From Clostridiales bacterium (GTDB taxonomy: Bacteria; Bacillota; Clostridia; Christensenellales; DTU072), in assembly GCA_012838805.1 (NCBI GenBank), contig DUON01000019.1, positions 60,560 to 124,559 of the forward strand: a DNA stretch of 64,000 nt. Direction: 5' to 3'. Below, piece after piece: positions 27,165 to 36,353 of this stretch. Position 1 is the stretch's first letter; every line of letters begins with the position of its first letter. Under the pieces are notes generated by a model. That model was not told where the DNA came from and made no database searches. It was given only the letters and a program-made list of their open reading frames with translations. The translations under genes and the position numbers were made by a program.

Positions 27165-28213
27165 GCCACATCAAAGCCAATTTGGCGGACTTTGATTATG
27201 AAGAGATGAGCGACATCTTAAGCGGCATGAAGCCCTTTAGAAAAGACCAGCTTTTTGACGCCGTCACACAATTTAAGAGTTATGAAGAAGTAACCAATCT
27301 TCCCAAAAGTATCATTGAAAACTTAAAAGAAAAATATTATGACCGAGCTTTGAGAGTAGAGAAAATCTTTGACAGCAAGGACAAAAGCCAAAAATATCTT
27401 TTCGCCCTCAACGATATGAACATTATCGAAGGGGTGTATATGCCCCATAATTACGGCGACACGCTTTGTGTCTCCACTCAAGTAGGGTGCAGAATGGGCT
27501 GTGCTTTTTGCGCTTCGGGTCTGAACGGGCTTGTCAGAAACCTTACCGCTGGAGAAATCCTTTCACAAGTGCTTTGCGTCAACCGTCTAAAAGGCGGAAC
27601 AAAAAAATCTAGGGCAATAACAAATGTCACGCTTATGGGAAGCGGCGAGCCCCTTGACAACTTTGAAAACACAGTGAAATTCCTCAAAATGGTTTCACAT
27701 CCCAAAGGGCTGAATATCAGCTTAAGGAATGTGTCTTTGTCCACCTGTGGAATAGTCCCAAGAATTATTGAGCTTGCGGATATGGGGCTGCAGGTCACTT
27801 TGAGCATATCCTTGCACGCACCCACGGACAAAAAGAGAAACGAGATTATGCCAATAAACAAAGCATATGGCTTGTTTGGCTTGATTGAGGCGGTGAAGTA
27901 CTATTTTGCTAAGACCAAAAGACGGGTTATTTTTGAGTATACCTTAATCGATAATAAGAATGATGACAAAGAGAGTGCGGAGGAATTATCCAAATTAGTA
28001 AAAGGTCTGCCTTGCCACATAAATTTGATTAACTTGAACCCCATAAAGGAAAAAGGGCTTAAGGCGGCAAACAGTGGGCGAGTCAAGGAATTTATGGATA
28101 TATTAGACAAAAATAACATCTCCAATACTTTGAGAAGGTCTATGGGAGCGGATATTGAGGGAGCTTGCGGTCAGCTAAGGAATTCATATGTAAAGGAGGG
28201 GAGTTTTTATTAA
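27161..28213 (+). CDS. rlmN: 23S rRNA/tRNA (adenine-C2)-methyltransferase RlmN (radical SAM)
   Basis: ATGA overlap with the fmt stop. CVSTQVGCRMGCAFCASG radical-SAM cluster and C-terminal CGQL. The track start 27053 is an in-frame extension inside fmt. Confidence 0.92.
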   Translation: MSHIKANLADFDYEEMSDILSGMKPFRKDQLFDAVTQFKSYEEVTNLPKSIIENLKEKYYDRALRVEKIFDSKDKSQKYLFALNDMNIIEGVYMPHNYGDTLCVSTQVGCRMGCAFCASGLNGLVRNLTAGEILSQVLCVNRLKGGTKKSRAITNVTLMGSGEPLDNFENTVKFLKMVSHPKGLNISLRNVSLSTCGIVPRIIELADMGLQVTLSISLHAPTDKKRNEIMPINKAYGLFGLIEAVKYYFAKTKRRVIFEYTLIDNKNDDKESAEELSKLVKGLPCHINLINLNPIKEKGLKAANSGRVKEFMDILDKNNISNTLRRSMGADIEGACGQLRNSYVKEGSFY

Positions 28214-29078
28214 AGGTCAAATTATCAAAGCCGTAGCGTCAAGGTATACGGTATTGACAGAAGACAAAAAGCTTTATATTTGCCATATCCGAGGCAAGGT
28301 CAAAAGGGATATGAATATCTATGTGGGCGATTATGTGAAAATAAAGCCCTTAGAGGACGAAAAGGCGATAATAGAAAAAATCTATCCCCGAAAAAACGCC
28401 TTAATACGACCTTTTGTCAGCAATATGGACAACCTTATCATTGTTGTTGCGCCTGTGCCTAAGCCCGACTGGTTGCTTGTTGACAAATTGATAGTCAGCT
28501 GTTATATTGAAAACATCCGCCCGACGCTTTGTTTTCATAAAGCGGATTTGATAAGCCGAGAAGAGATTAAGCACTTGACAAAACCATATGAGGGAGTGAT
28601 AAGGCTTGTCCAGACCTCAATAAAAGACAAAAGTATAGGCTTGAAAGAGCTATATGAGGTTATGCAGGGCGGCTTAAGCTGTTTCACAGGGCAAAGTGCG
28701 GTAGGCAAGTCCTCTATCATAAACGAAATCTTAGGCAAAGAAGTCATGGAAGTATGCGATGTCAGTCCTAAGGCACAGAGGGGCAAGAACACCACAAGGC
28801 ACATTGAAATTTTTGATTGGGGCGGTGGAAGAGTGACGGATACATGCGGATTTTCGCTTTTGGAACTTGAAGAGCTTCCGCCCCAAGAATTGACATATTA
28901 TTATGATGAATACATGAAACTTATGCCCGAGTGTAGATTCACAGATTGCGTTCACATCAACGAACCCGAATGCGCAGTAAAAAAAGCCGTGGAAGAGGGC
29001 AGTTTGTCAAAAGAAAGATACTTAAGGTATATATCAATCTATAACGAACTCAAGGAGAAACAAGATGAAAAATACTGA
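28209..29078 (+). CDS. rsgA: Ribosome small-subunit biogenesis GTPase RsgA (CpgA/YloQ); proposed ATT start
   Basis: GQSAVGKSS, circularly permuted GTPase, C-terminal zinc motif C....C.H..EP.C. The homologous N-terminus IKGQIIKAVASRYTVL lies upstream of the track start TTG 28254. The only start-like codon after the in-frame stop at 28191 is ATT 28209, 9 nt after GGAGG. Confidence 0.8.
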   Translation: MKGQIIKAVASRYTVLTEDKKLYICHIRGKVKRDMNIYVGDYVKIKPLEDEKAIIEKIYPRKNALIRPFVSNMDNLIIVVAPVPKPDWLLVDKLIVSCYIENIRPTLCFHKADLISREEIKHLTKPYEGVIRLVQTSIKDKSIGLKELYEVMQGGLSCFTGQSAVGKSSIINEILGKEVMEVCDVSPKAQRGKNTTRHIEIFDWGGGRVTDTCGFSLLELEELPPQELTYYYDEYMKLMPECRFTDCVHINEPECAVKKAVEEGSLSKERYLRYISIYNELKEKQDEKY

Positions 29079-29730
29079 AATCAAAATCAGTCCTTCGCTT
29101 TTATCTGGAGATTTTGCAGATATGGCGAGTGCGCTCAAAAGCGTTGAAGAGTGGGGCGGAGACATGGCACATTGTGATGTCATGGACGGTGTGTTTGTCA
29201 AAAATCTTACTTTTGGCATGCCCATGATAAAGGCTTTGAGAAAGAGAACCAAACTTCCTCTTGATGTTCACCTTATGATAATAGAGCCCGAAAGATATAT
29301 TGACGAATTTATTCAAAGCGGAGCGGACATCATCACCTTTCATCCCGAGGCAAGCAAAGACCCGTTAGGCACTTTGCAGAACATCAGAAGACAAGGCGTA
29401 AAATCGGGCATTGTTTTCAATCCCGATATAGAGGTCAATAGGTTCAAGCACCTATTTCCGCATTGCGACATTGTCTTAGTTATGGGCGTCTATGCCGGAC
29501 GGGGCGGTCAAAAGTTTATTGAGGACACTTTGGAAAAAATCGCCGAAGTCAAAGGGATTCTTGACGAAATGAAGCTTGACATTCCCATAGAGATAGACGG
29601 CGGCATTAAGGAAGAAAATGTGGATAAAGTCATCCAAAAAGGAGCGTCAATAATTGTGGCGGGAAGTTCGGTTTTCGCCTCCCCCAACCCCAAAGAGACC
29701 ATAAAAAGGCTTAGGGGGCTTACACCATAA
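29065..29730 (+). CDS. rpe: Ribulose-phosphate 3-epimerase
   Basis: 221 aa. PSLLSGDF, HCDVMDG.FV.N, DVHLM, DGGI. Confidence 0.93.
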   Translation: MKNTEIKISPSLLSGDFADMASALKSVEEWGGDMAHCDVMDGVFVKNLTFGMPMIKALRKRTKLPLDVHLMIIEPERYIDEFIQSGADIITFHPEASKDPLGTLQNIRRQGVKSGIVFNPDIEVNRFKHLFPHCDIVLVMGVYAGRGGQKFIEDTLEKIAEVKGILDEMKLDIPIEIDGGIKEENVDKVIQKGASIIVAGSSVFASPNPKETIKRLRGLTP

Positions 29731-29774
29731 ACCGCCGCTCTGCATATAATGCAGATAAAAAGGAGCGACGCGTT

Positions 29775-29852
29775 ATGAAAATAATCTGCATAAGTTGTCC
29801 GTCTATTTTAAGACCTCTTTTGAGACTTTTCATTAAAAGAACTAAGAACTGA
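29775..29852 (+). CDS. spoVM: Candidate stage V sporulation protein M (25-aa amphipathic peptide)
   Basis: Not in the ORF track. SD AAAAGGAG lies 7 nt before ATG 29775. MKIICISCPSILRPLLRLFIKRTKN resembles B. subtilis SpoVM (MKFYTIKLPKFLGGIVRAMLGSFRKD as I recall it), including Pro9. It lies downstream of rpe as in Bacillus. Confidence 0.5.
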   Translation: MKIICISCPSILRPLLRLFIKRTKN

Positions 29853-29858
29853 AAAAGC

Positions 29859-29887
29859 TTGCATTAAACTGATAAATCTGTAATAAT
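29859..29887 (+). promoter_or_regulatory. Sigma-A type promoter TTGCAT-N17-(TGt)AATAAT, 7 nt upstream of ATG 29895
   Basis: TTGCAT at 29859-29864 and tgtAATAAT at 29879-29887. No SD before the nth ATG. Confidence 0.4.
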
Positions 29888-29894
29888 TATTTCT

Positions 29895-30542
29895 ATGAAT
29901 ACAAAAGAAATGGATAAGATATTTAAGGGATTGTCTTTAATGCATCCCGAGGCGAGGTGTGAATTAAATCACAAAACGCCTTTTGAGTTGCTGGTTGCGG
30001 TGATTTTATCGGCGCAATGCACGGATATTAGAGTTAATATGATAACGGACAAGCTGTTTAAGGTCTATAATACTCCCTATCAGTTTGCCGAATTGACTCT
30101 CCAAGAACTCAAGCCGTATATATACAGCTGCGGTTTTTATAACAACAAAGGTAAGAACATAATTTCTATGAGCAAGGCGCTTGTAAAAAAGCATAACGGC
30201 AAAGTCCCCGATACCATGGAAGAGCTTACGGCTTTGGACGGCGTGGGGAGAAAGACCGCAAGCGTGGTCTTGTCGGTAGCTTTCAATAAACCTGCCATGC
30301 CCGTCGACACACATGTTTTCAGAGTATCAAGAAGACTTGGCATCGCCAGATCTTCTACGGCGGACGGTGTGGAAAAAGAACTTATGAATATTATTGAAAA
30401 AAACAATTGGCATGACTTTCACCACTATTTGATATTTCATGGAAGATATATCTGTAAAGCCAGAAAGCCTGAATGTCATAGGTGCAATTTGACTGATTAT
30501 TGCGATTTTTATAAACAGCGTATAGAGGAGGACGGTAAATGA
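29895..30542 (+). CDS. nth: Endonuclease III (DNA glycosylase/AP lyase)
   Basis: 215 aa. HhH-GPD (LTALDGVGRKTA), PVDTHV, and a C-terminal 4Fe-4S Cys motif (CKARKPECHRCNLTDYC). Confidence 0.92.
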   Translation: MNTKEMDKIFKGLSLMHPEARCELNHKTPFELLVAVILSAQCTDIRVNMITDKLFKVYNTPYQFAELTLQELKPYIYSCGFYNNKGKNIISMSKALVKKHNGKVPDTMEELTALDGVGRKTASVVLSVAFNKPAMPVDTHVFRVSRRLGIARSSTADGVEKELMNIIEKNNWHDFHHYLIFHGRYICKARKPECHRCNLTDYCDFYKQRIEEDGK

Positions 30543-31360
30543 ATAAATTACTTAAAAAAAGGAAGCTTGCCGAAAACATCATTGAATATGTGTTTGAAGC
30601 AAAAGATATTGTGAGAAACGCAAAAGCCGGACAGTTCGTCATACTTCGAGTGGATAAGGACGGCGAGAGGGTGCCGTTTACGATATGCGATTATAACCGA
30701 GAAAAGGGCGAGTTGACTTTACTTGTTCAAACGGTAGGATATTCTACCGCAAGATTAGCCCAGCTTGAGGTCGGGGACTATGTCCATGACCTTGTAGGAC
30801 CTTTAGGCAATGCTACTGATTTAAGCCATGCGGACAGGATTTTACTGGTGGGAGGTGGCATAGGAGCGGCGGTTATCTATCCGCAGTCAAAGCAATTAAA
30901 GAAACTAAACAAAAAAGTCGATGTCATACTGGGCGCTAGAGATAAAAGTCTATTGATGTACGAAGACGAGTTTTCAAAGTATTCCGACAACCTTTATATC
31001 ATGACCGATAACGGCTCAAAAGGCGAGAAAGGCTTTGTTACGGACAAGCTTAAACAGCTTATAGACAGCGGACAAAAATACGATGTGGTGTTTGCGGTAG
31101 GACCTCTTGTCATGATGAAAGCGGTCAGTAATGTCACAAAGCAATACGGCATAAGGACCATTGTCAGTATGAATTCCATAATGGTGGACGGTACGGGGAT
31201 GTGCGGTGGCTGCAGAGTTACCATTGGAGGCGAGACAAAGTACGCCTGCGTGGACGGACCTGAATTTGACGGGCATGAGGTGGACTTTGACGAAGCTATT
31301 TCAAGAGCGTCGTTCTATAAAGAACACGAAAAAGAGCAATTTTGCAAAATCAAAGGATAA
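30539..31360 (+). CDS. Sulfide dehydrogenase-like FAD/NAD-binding oxidoreductase, small subunit (NfnA / ferredoxin-NADP+ reductase alpha-like)
   Basis: 273 aa. FNR-like fold (GQFVILR, GPLG, LLVGGGIG) plus C-terminal 2Fe-2S motif GTGMCGGCRV. Confidence 0.8.
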   Translation: MNKLLKKRKLAENIIEYVFEAKDIVRNAKAGQFVILRVDKDGERVPFTICDYNREKGELTLLVQTVGYSTARLAQLEVGDYVHDLVGPLGNATDLSHADRILLVGGGIGAAVIYPQSKQLKKLNKKVDVILGARDKSLLMYEDEFSKYSDNLYIMTDNGSKGEKGFVTDKLKQLIDSGQKYDVVFAVGPLVMMKAVSNVTKQYGIRTIVSMNSIMVDGTGMCGGCRVTIGGETKYACVDGPEFDGHEVDFDEAISRASFYKEHEKEQFCKIKG

Positions 31361-31373
31361 GGAGAGCTAAAAT

Positions 31374-32750
31374 ATGGTTATTGTAGAAAGACAGCGAACA
31401 ATAGAACAAGACCCCGAGGTTAGGGCAAAAAACTTTGAAGAGGTATCCAAGGGCTTTGATGAAAAGACCATGTTGATAGAGGCAGCAAGGTGCTTAAACT
31501 GTAAGACAGCGCCATGCAAAAAAGGCTGTCCGGTGGGCGTCAATATCCCTGAATTTATCATGGAACTTCAAAAGAACAATCCTTTGAAAGCAAACGAGAT
31601 AATAAAAAAGACCAACAGCCTGCCAGCGGTATGCGGGAGGGTTTGTCCCCAGGAGGTTCAATGTGAAAAATATTGTGTCAGAAAGGCGAAATTAGGCGGT
31701 TCGGTTGCCATAGGCGCTTTGGAAAGATATGCCGCTGACGCCGGACTTAAATCACAAGAAAAGGTTCAGCCCCCTAAAGAAAGAAAGAATATCAAAGTGG
31801 CGGTTGTGGGAAGCGGTCCGAGCGGTCTTTCATGTGCGGGAGAGCTTGCCATGAACGGTGCGCAAGTAACCGTATTCGAGGCTTTTCATCAAGCGGGCGG
31901 GGTGCTGGTGTACGGCATACCCGAATTCAGACTTCCCAAAGATATTGTGCAAAAAGAGATTGACAAGCTTAAGGAACTGGGAGTGGAATTCAAACTCAAT
32001 ACGGTTATTGGGAAGACTTTTTATGTGGAGGAACTTCTAAAAGAATACGACTTTGTGTTTATTGGAAGCGGTGCGGGACTTCCCATGTTTATGAAAATAA
32101 AAGGCGAAAGCCTAAACGGCGTATGTTCCGCCAACGAGTTTTTGACAAGGGCAAATCTTATGAAAGCGTATCTGCCCGACAGCGTAACCCCTATACAAAG
32201 AGCCAAGATATCCGTGGTGGTAGGCGGAGGGAATGTGGCTATGGACGCAGCGAGGACAGCTTTAAGGTTGGGTGCGGAAAAGGTGTATGTTGTTTATAGA
32301 CGCTCCAGACAAGAAATGCCGGCAAGAGAAGACGAAATCATTCATGCCGAGGAAGAGGGCATTGAGTTTATGCTTTTAACTAATCCTGTTGAGATTCTGG
32401 GCAAGGACAAGGTCGAGGGCATAAGGTGCATAAAGATGCAGCTTGGAGAGCCCGACCAAAGCGGAAGAAGAAGACCCATTCCTATTGAAGGTTCGGAATT
32501 TGACTTGAAATGCGACCAAGTCATTATGAGCATAGGCACCAGCCCCAATCCTTTGATTAAAAACAGCACAAAGGGCTTGGAGACTACAAAATGGGGAACA
32601 ATAGTTGTTGACGAGAACAACGAGACCAGCATTGAGAATGTATACGCCGGAGGAGACAGTGTCACAGGAGCGGCTACGGTCATCATGGCTATGGGCGCAG
32701 GCAGAAACGCCGCAAAAGCTATGCTGAAAAAAGCGGAGGAAAACAAATAG
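31374..32750 (+). CDS. Glutamate synthase small-subunit-like NADPH oxidoreductase (NfnB-like)
   Basis: 458 aa. Two Fe-S Cys motifs (CLNCKTAPCKKGCPV, CGRVCPQEVQCEKYC) and dinucleotide folds VAVVGSGPSGLSCA and VVVGGGNVAMD. Paired with the upstream subunit. Confidence 0.85.
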   Translation: MVIVERQRTIEQDPEVRAKNFEEVSKGFDEKTMLIEAARCLNCKTAPCKKGCPVGVNIPEFIMELQKNNPLKANEIIKKTNSLPAVCGRVCPQEVQCEKYCVRKAKLGGSVAIGALERYAADAGLKSQEKVQPPKERKNIKVAVVGSGPSGLSCAGELAMNGAQVTVFEAFHQAGGVLVYGIPEFRLPKDIVQKEIDKLKELGVEFKLNTVIGKTFYVEELLKEYDFVFIGSGAGLPMFMKIKGESLNGVCSANEFLTRANLMKAYLPDSVTPIQRAKISVVVGGGNVAMDAARTALRLGAEKVYVVYRRSRQEMPAREDEIIHAEEEGIEFMLLTNPVEILGKDKVEGIRCIKMQLGEPDQSGRRRPIPIEGSEFDLKCDQVIMSIGTSPNPLIKNSTKGLETTKWGTIVVDENNETSIENVYAGGDSVTGAATVIMAMGAGRNAAKAMLKKAEENK

Positions 32751-34007
<1,257 letters not shown>

Positions 34008-34021
34008 AGAGGAAAAGTGTC

Positions 34022-34303
34022 ATGGACAGTAAGGAAAGAAGCAGATTAAGCTCGTTGGCGCAAACAGTCAAGCCGGTTTTTCAAATCGGCAAAAACGGCA
34101 TTAATGATATTGTCTTAAAAGAAATCGAAGATGTTCTTGAGGCAAGGGAATTGATAAAGATTAATGTATTAAAAACCGCACCCAAGGAGCCTAAAGAATT
34201 TTTGGAAGAGCTTTGCAAGGAGCTTAACGCCGAACAGGTAAACTGCGTGGGACAAAAAATAGTCTTATATAGAAAGAGCAAGAGGAATAAGAAAAAGAAC
34301 TAA
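34022..34303 (+). CDS. yhbY: YhbY-like CRM-domain RNA-binding protein
   Basis: 93 aa. QIGKNGIND, ELIKINVL, and size typical of the family. Confidence 0.8.
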   Translation: MDSKERSRLSSLAQTVKPVFQIGKNGINDIVLKEIEDVLEARELIKINVLKTAPKEPKEFLEELCKELNAEQVNCVGQKIVLYRKSKRNKKKN

Positions 34304-35055
34304 GACCTGTCCGCTACAAGGCAGGCTATGCTCATACCTATTGAGATAGTGGACATTACCAAATAGTATGCCCTTAAGGGCGTGAAAAAGGACAATATCG
34401 CAAGGGCAAGACCGCTGAAAAGAAAGAGTTTTGCCCTTTTTCTAATGAAGATTTGTGAAAGCTGCTGCCGAAAATCTATCTTTATTACATTTTTTGGACG
34501 GTGATAATTCTTTGTAGGAAGAGCATTTCTGGTGGCAAGATACTTTTGCACCTGCCTTGCGGGATAGAATATGAATTTATCGCTTAAAGAATAAGAAAAC
34601 AATAGCACACTTCTTTGATAATTCGCTCCGATGACTTGAATTGTGGAAAAGTCTTTTTCTTCGGCGTATCGCCAAACTTTGGCTATATCGTCCATTGAGA
34701 TATTAGAGAACTTGAAAAGCGGCGCAAGCAATATCTTCTTCTCTTTCTTTTCATAAATGACAAATGTATTATCTAATTGCGGATTGTATGCGATAGGGAG
34801 CGTCTTGGCAAAATGTTCAGCGGTCTTTTCTCCGCCCATAATTGCAAAACGCTTGGACATTTCCATAAAAGAAATGGTCTTTTTGTTTTTGAATCTATTC
34901 GTTGAATGAACAATAACGGTTTTGAAAAGAATATACAGTAAAAACGCTACAAATAACGCCTCTACAAACGAGTCTATAAAATAATTTGTCCATGCGAGCA
35001 AGAGCAATATGCCCAGCGTATTTATTATTATCTTATCAATCTTGTTCATTACCAT
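34300..35055 (-). CDS. Hypothetical membrane protein (2 N-terminal TM, a soluble domain of about 150 aa, 2 C-terminal TM)
   Basis: 251 aa. Hydrophobic segments at both ends. The central domain has no family I can name with certainty. No SD before either ATG (35055 or 35049). The 3' end overlaps the yhbY stop by 4 nt (convergent). Confidence 0.55.
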   Translation of the reverse strand: MVMNKIDKIIINTLGILLLLAWTNYFIDSFVEALFVAFLLYILFKTVIVHSTNRFKNKKTISFMEMSKRFAIMGGEKTAEHFAKTLPIAYNPQLDNTFVIYEKKEKKILLAPLFKFSNISMDDIAKVWRYAEEKDFSTIQVIGANYQRSVLLFSYSLSDKFIFYPARQVQKYLATRNALPTKNYHRPKNVIKIDFRQQLSQIFIRKRAKLFLFSGLALAILSFFTPLRAYYLVMSTISIGMSIACLVADRS

Positions 35056-35136
35056 TAAATATTGACAGAATTTTAAATATTAAAATATACATTTGGGCGT
35101 ATTCTATACTAATCGAAAAAACCCGACAACTAAATA

Positions 35137-35165
35137 TTGACTTTAGTATTAATAAATATTATAAT
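35137..35165 (+). promoter_or_regulatory. Consensus sigma-A promoter TTGACT-N17-TATAAT, 6 nt upstream of ATG 35172
   Basis: TTGACT at 35137-35142 and TATAAT at 35160-35165, then aatttt, then ATG. No SD. Confidence 0.6.
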
Positions 35166-35171
35166 AATTTT

Positions 35172-36347
35172 ATGCTTGTACAAGACAGAATAAAGAAAAC
35201 ATTTCATACAAAGTGGCTGTTTTTTATTGGCATTATTGCCATAGCCGTTTTGTTAACTCTTGTTTTGTCCTCTTGTACGGGCACTTCCAGGGAGATTGCT
35301 TTTATTGTTGACGACAGCGAGGTAGAAAAGGAAGTGGAATTTGGAACTTCTTTTCCGCTGAAAGGTCTCAAAGTCTTTGTCAAATTATCCAACGGCACGA
35401 TAAGAACCCTCAAGCAAGGCGAGGGAGGATATCAAGTACATATGGGCGGATACAATGAAGAATCCCCCGGAGAATACACTCTGACCATAAGCTATAAGGA
35501 ATTTGATTCCTATAAGATAGTCATCACGGTGCTTGAAGAAGAGATTATTGACGAGACAATAGACCCCGATGTATACCTTGCGGGTATCGCTGTTAGAGAG
35601 AATACCGCCAAGATATTGTTTCTCTATGGCGAGGAGTTCAGCGCCGATGGCATAGTGGTGGAAAAGGTCTTTTCTAACAATACGCGAGAGCCCATAGAAG
35701 AGTCCGAATATCTTTTGATTTCCAATAACTATAAGCCGAACAATCCCGGAGAATATGTCATTGAAATTTATTACACCCCAAGCCAAGGCAGCCAGTTCTA
35801 TACAGAGTATAAGGTACATGTAGCCCCGCCCGACGAATATTATCCTTTTGAGGGTATCGCACTATTGACGAACGCCGTTCAAAAAGAATTCGAAGTAGGC
35901 GAAGACTTTAATTGTGACGGTCTGATTGTAGAAAAACTATTTGTAGTCGACGGAGTGGTGCAGACAGAGACCGCGCACCCGTCCGAGATTAAAGTTCGGC
36001 TTGTTGATGGCTATGATAAAAACACCCCCGGACAGTATGCGGTTTTTGTTTCGGTAGAATATTATGAAGCCATATATGTTATAGAAGTTTTAGACTTTGT
36101 CGTCGGCATAAGAATAGAAGGCGCCAGGCAACATACCCCGATCGGCGAAGAATACGATAAGGGCAACCTAAGAGTATATGAAGTGTATGCTTCGGGAACA
36201 GATAAAGAGATAAGCGAAGATAAATATACTATCGACATGGGAGAATTTGACAATACGGTTGAGGGAAAATATACGATAACAGTAGTCTATAATGACAACC
36301 CTGAATTTACGGCGTCGTATGAGGTCACTGTTTTGTCCGAGGACTAA
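35172..36347 (+). CDS. Predicted lipoprotein with four tandem bacterial Ig-like (Big_3-like) repeats
   Basis: Signal peptide with lipobox LSSC (Cys35). Four units of about 85-90 aa share the pattern ..FG..F...GL.V......G........Y.....Y....PG.Y...I.Y. The track start 34986 is an extension overlapping the divergent gene. Confidence 0.75.
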   Translation: MLVQDRIKKTFHTKWLFFIGIIAIAVLLTLVLSSCTGTSREIAFIVDDSEVEKEVEFGTSFPLKGLKVFVKLSNGTIRTLKQGEGGYQVHMGGYNEESPGEYTLTISYKEFDSYKIVITVLEEEIIDETIDPDVYLAGIAVRENTAKILFLYGEEFSADGIVVEKVFSNNTREPIEESEYLLISNNYKPNNPGEYVIEIYYTPSQGSQFYTEYKVHVAPPDEYYPFEGIALLTNAVQKEFEVGEDFNCDGLIVEKLFVVDGVVQTETAHPSEIKVRLVDGYDKNTPGQYAVFVSVEYYEAIYVIEVLDFVVGIRIEGARQHTPIGEEYDKGNLRVYEVYASGTDKEISEDKYTIDMGEFDNTVEGKYTITVVYNDNPEFTASYEVTVLSED

Positions 36348-36353
36348 AAAACC

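Noticed and set aside
34986-35171. N-terminal extensions in the ORF track: 34986 (lipoprotein), 27053 (rlmN), 22360 (coaBC), 48108 (rsmE), 39881 (yceD), 1837 (membrane protein), 40401 (rpmF), 25765 (def), 17146 (ligA), 61024 (hisZ).
   Set aside because: The extensions overlap upstream genes or promoter boxes and add sequence that does not fit the protein family. Downstream in-frame ATGs match family N-termini and have an SD or promoter context.
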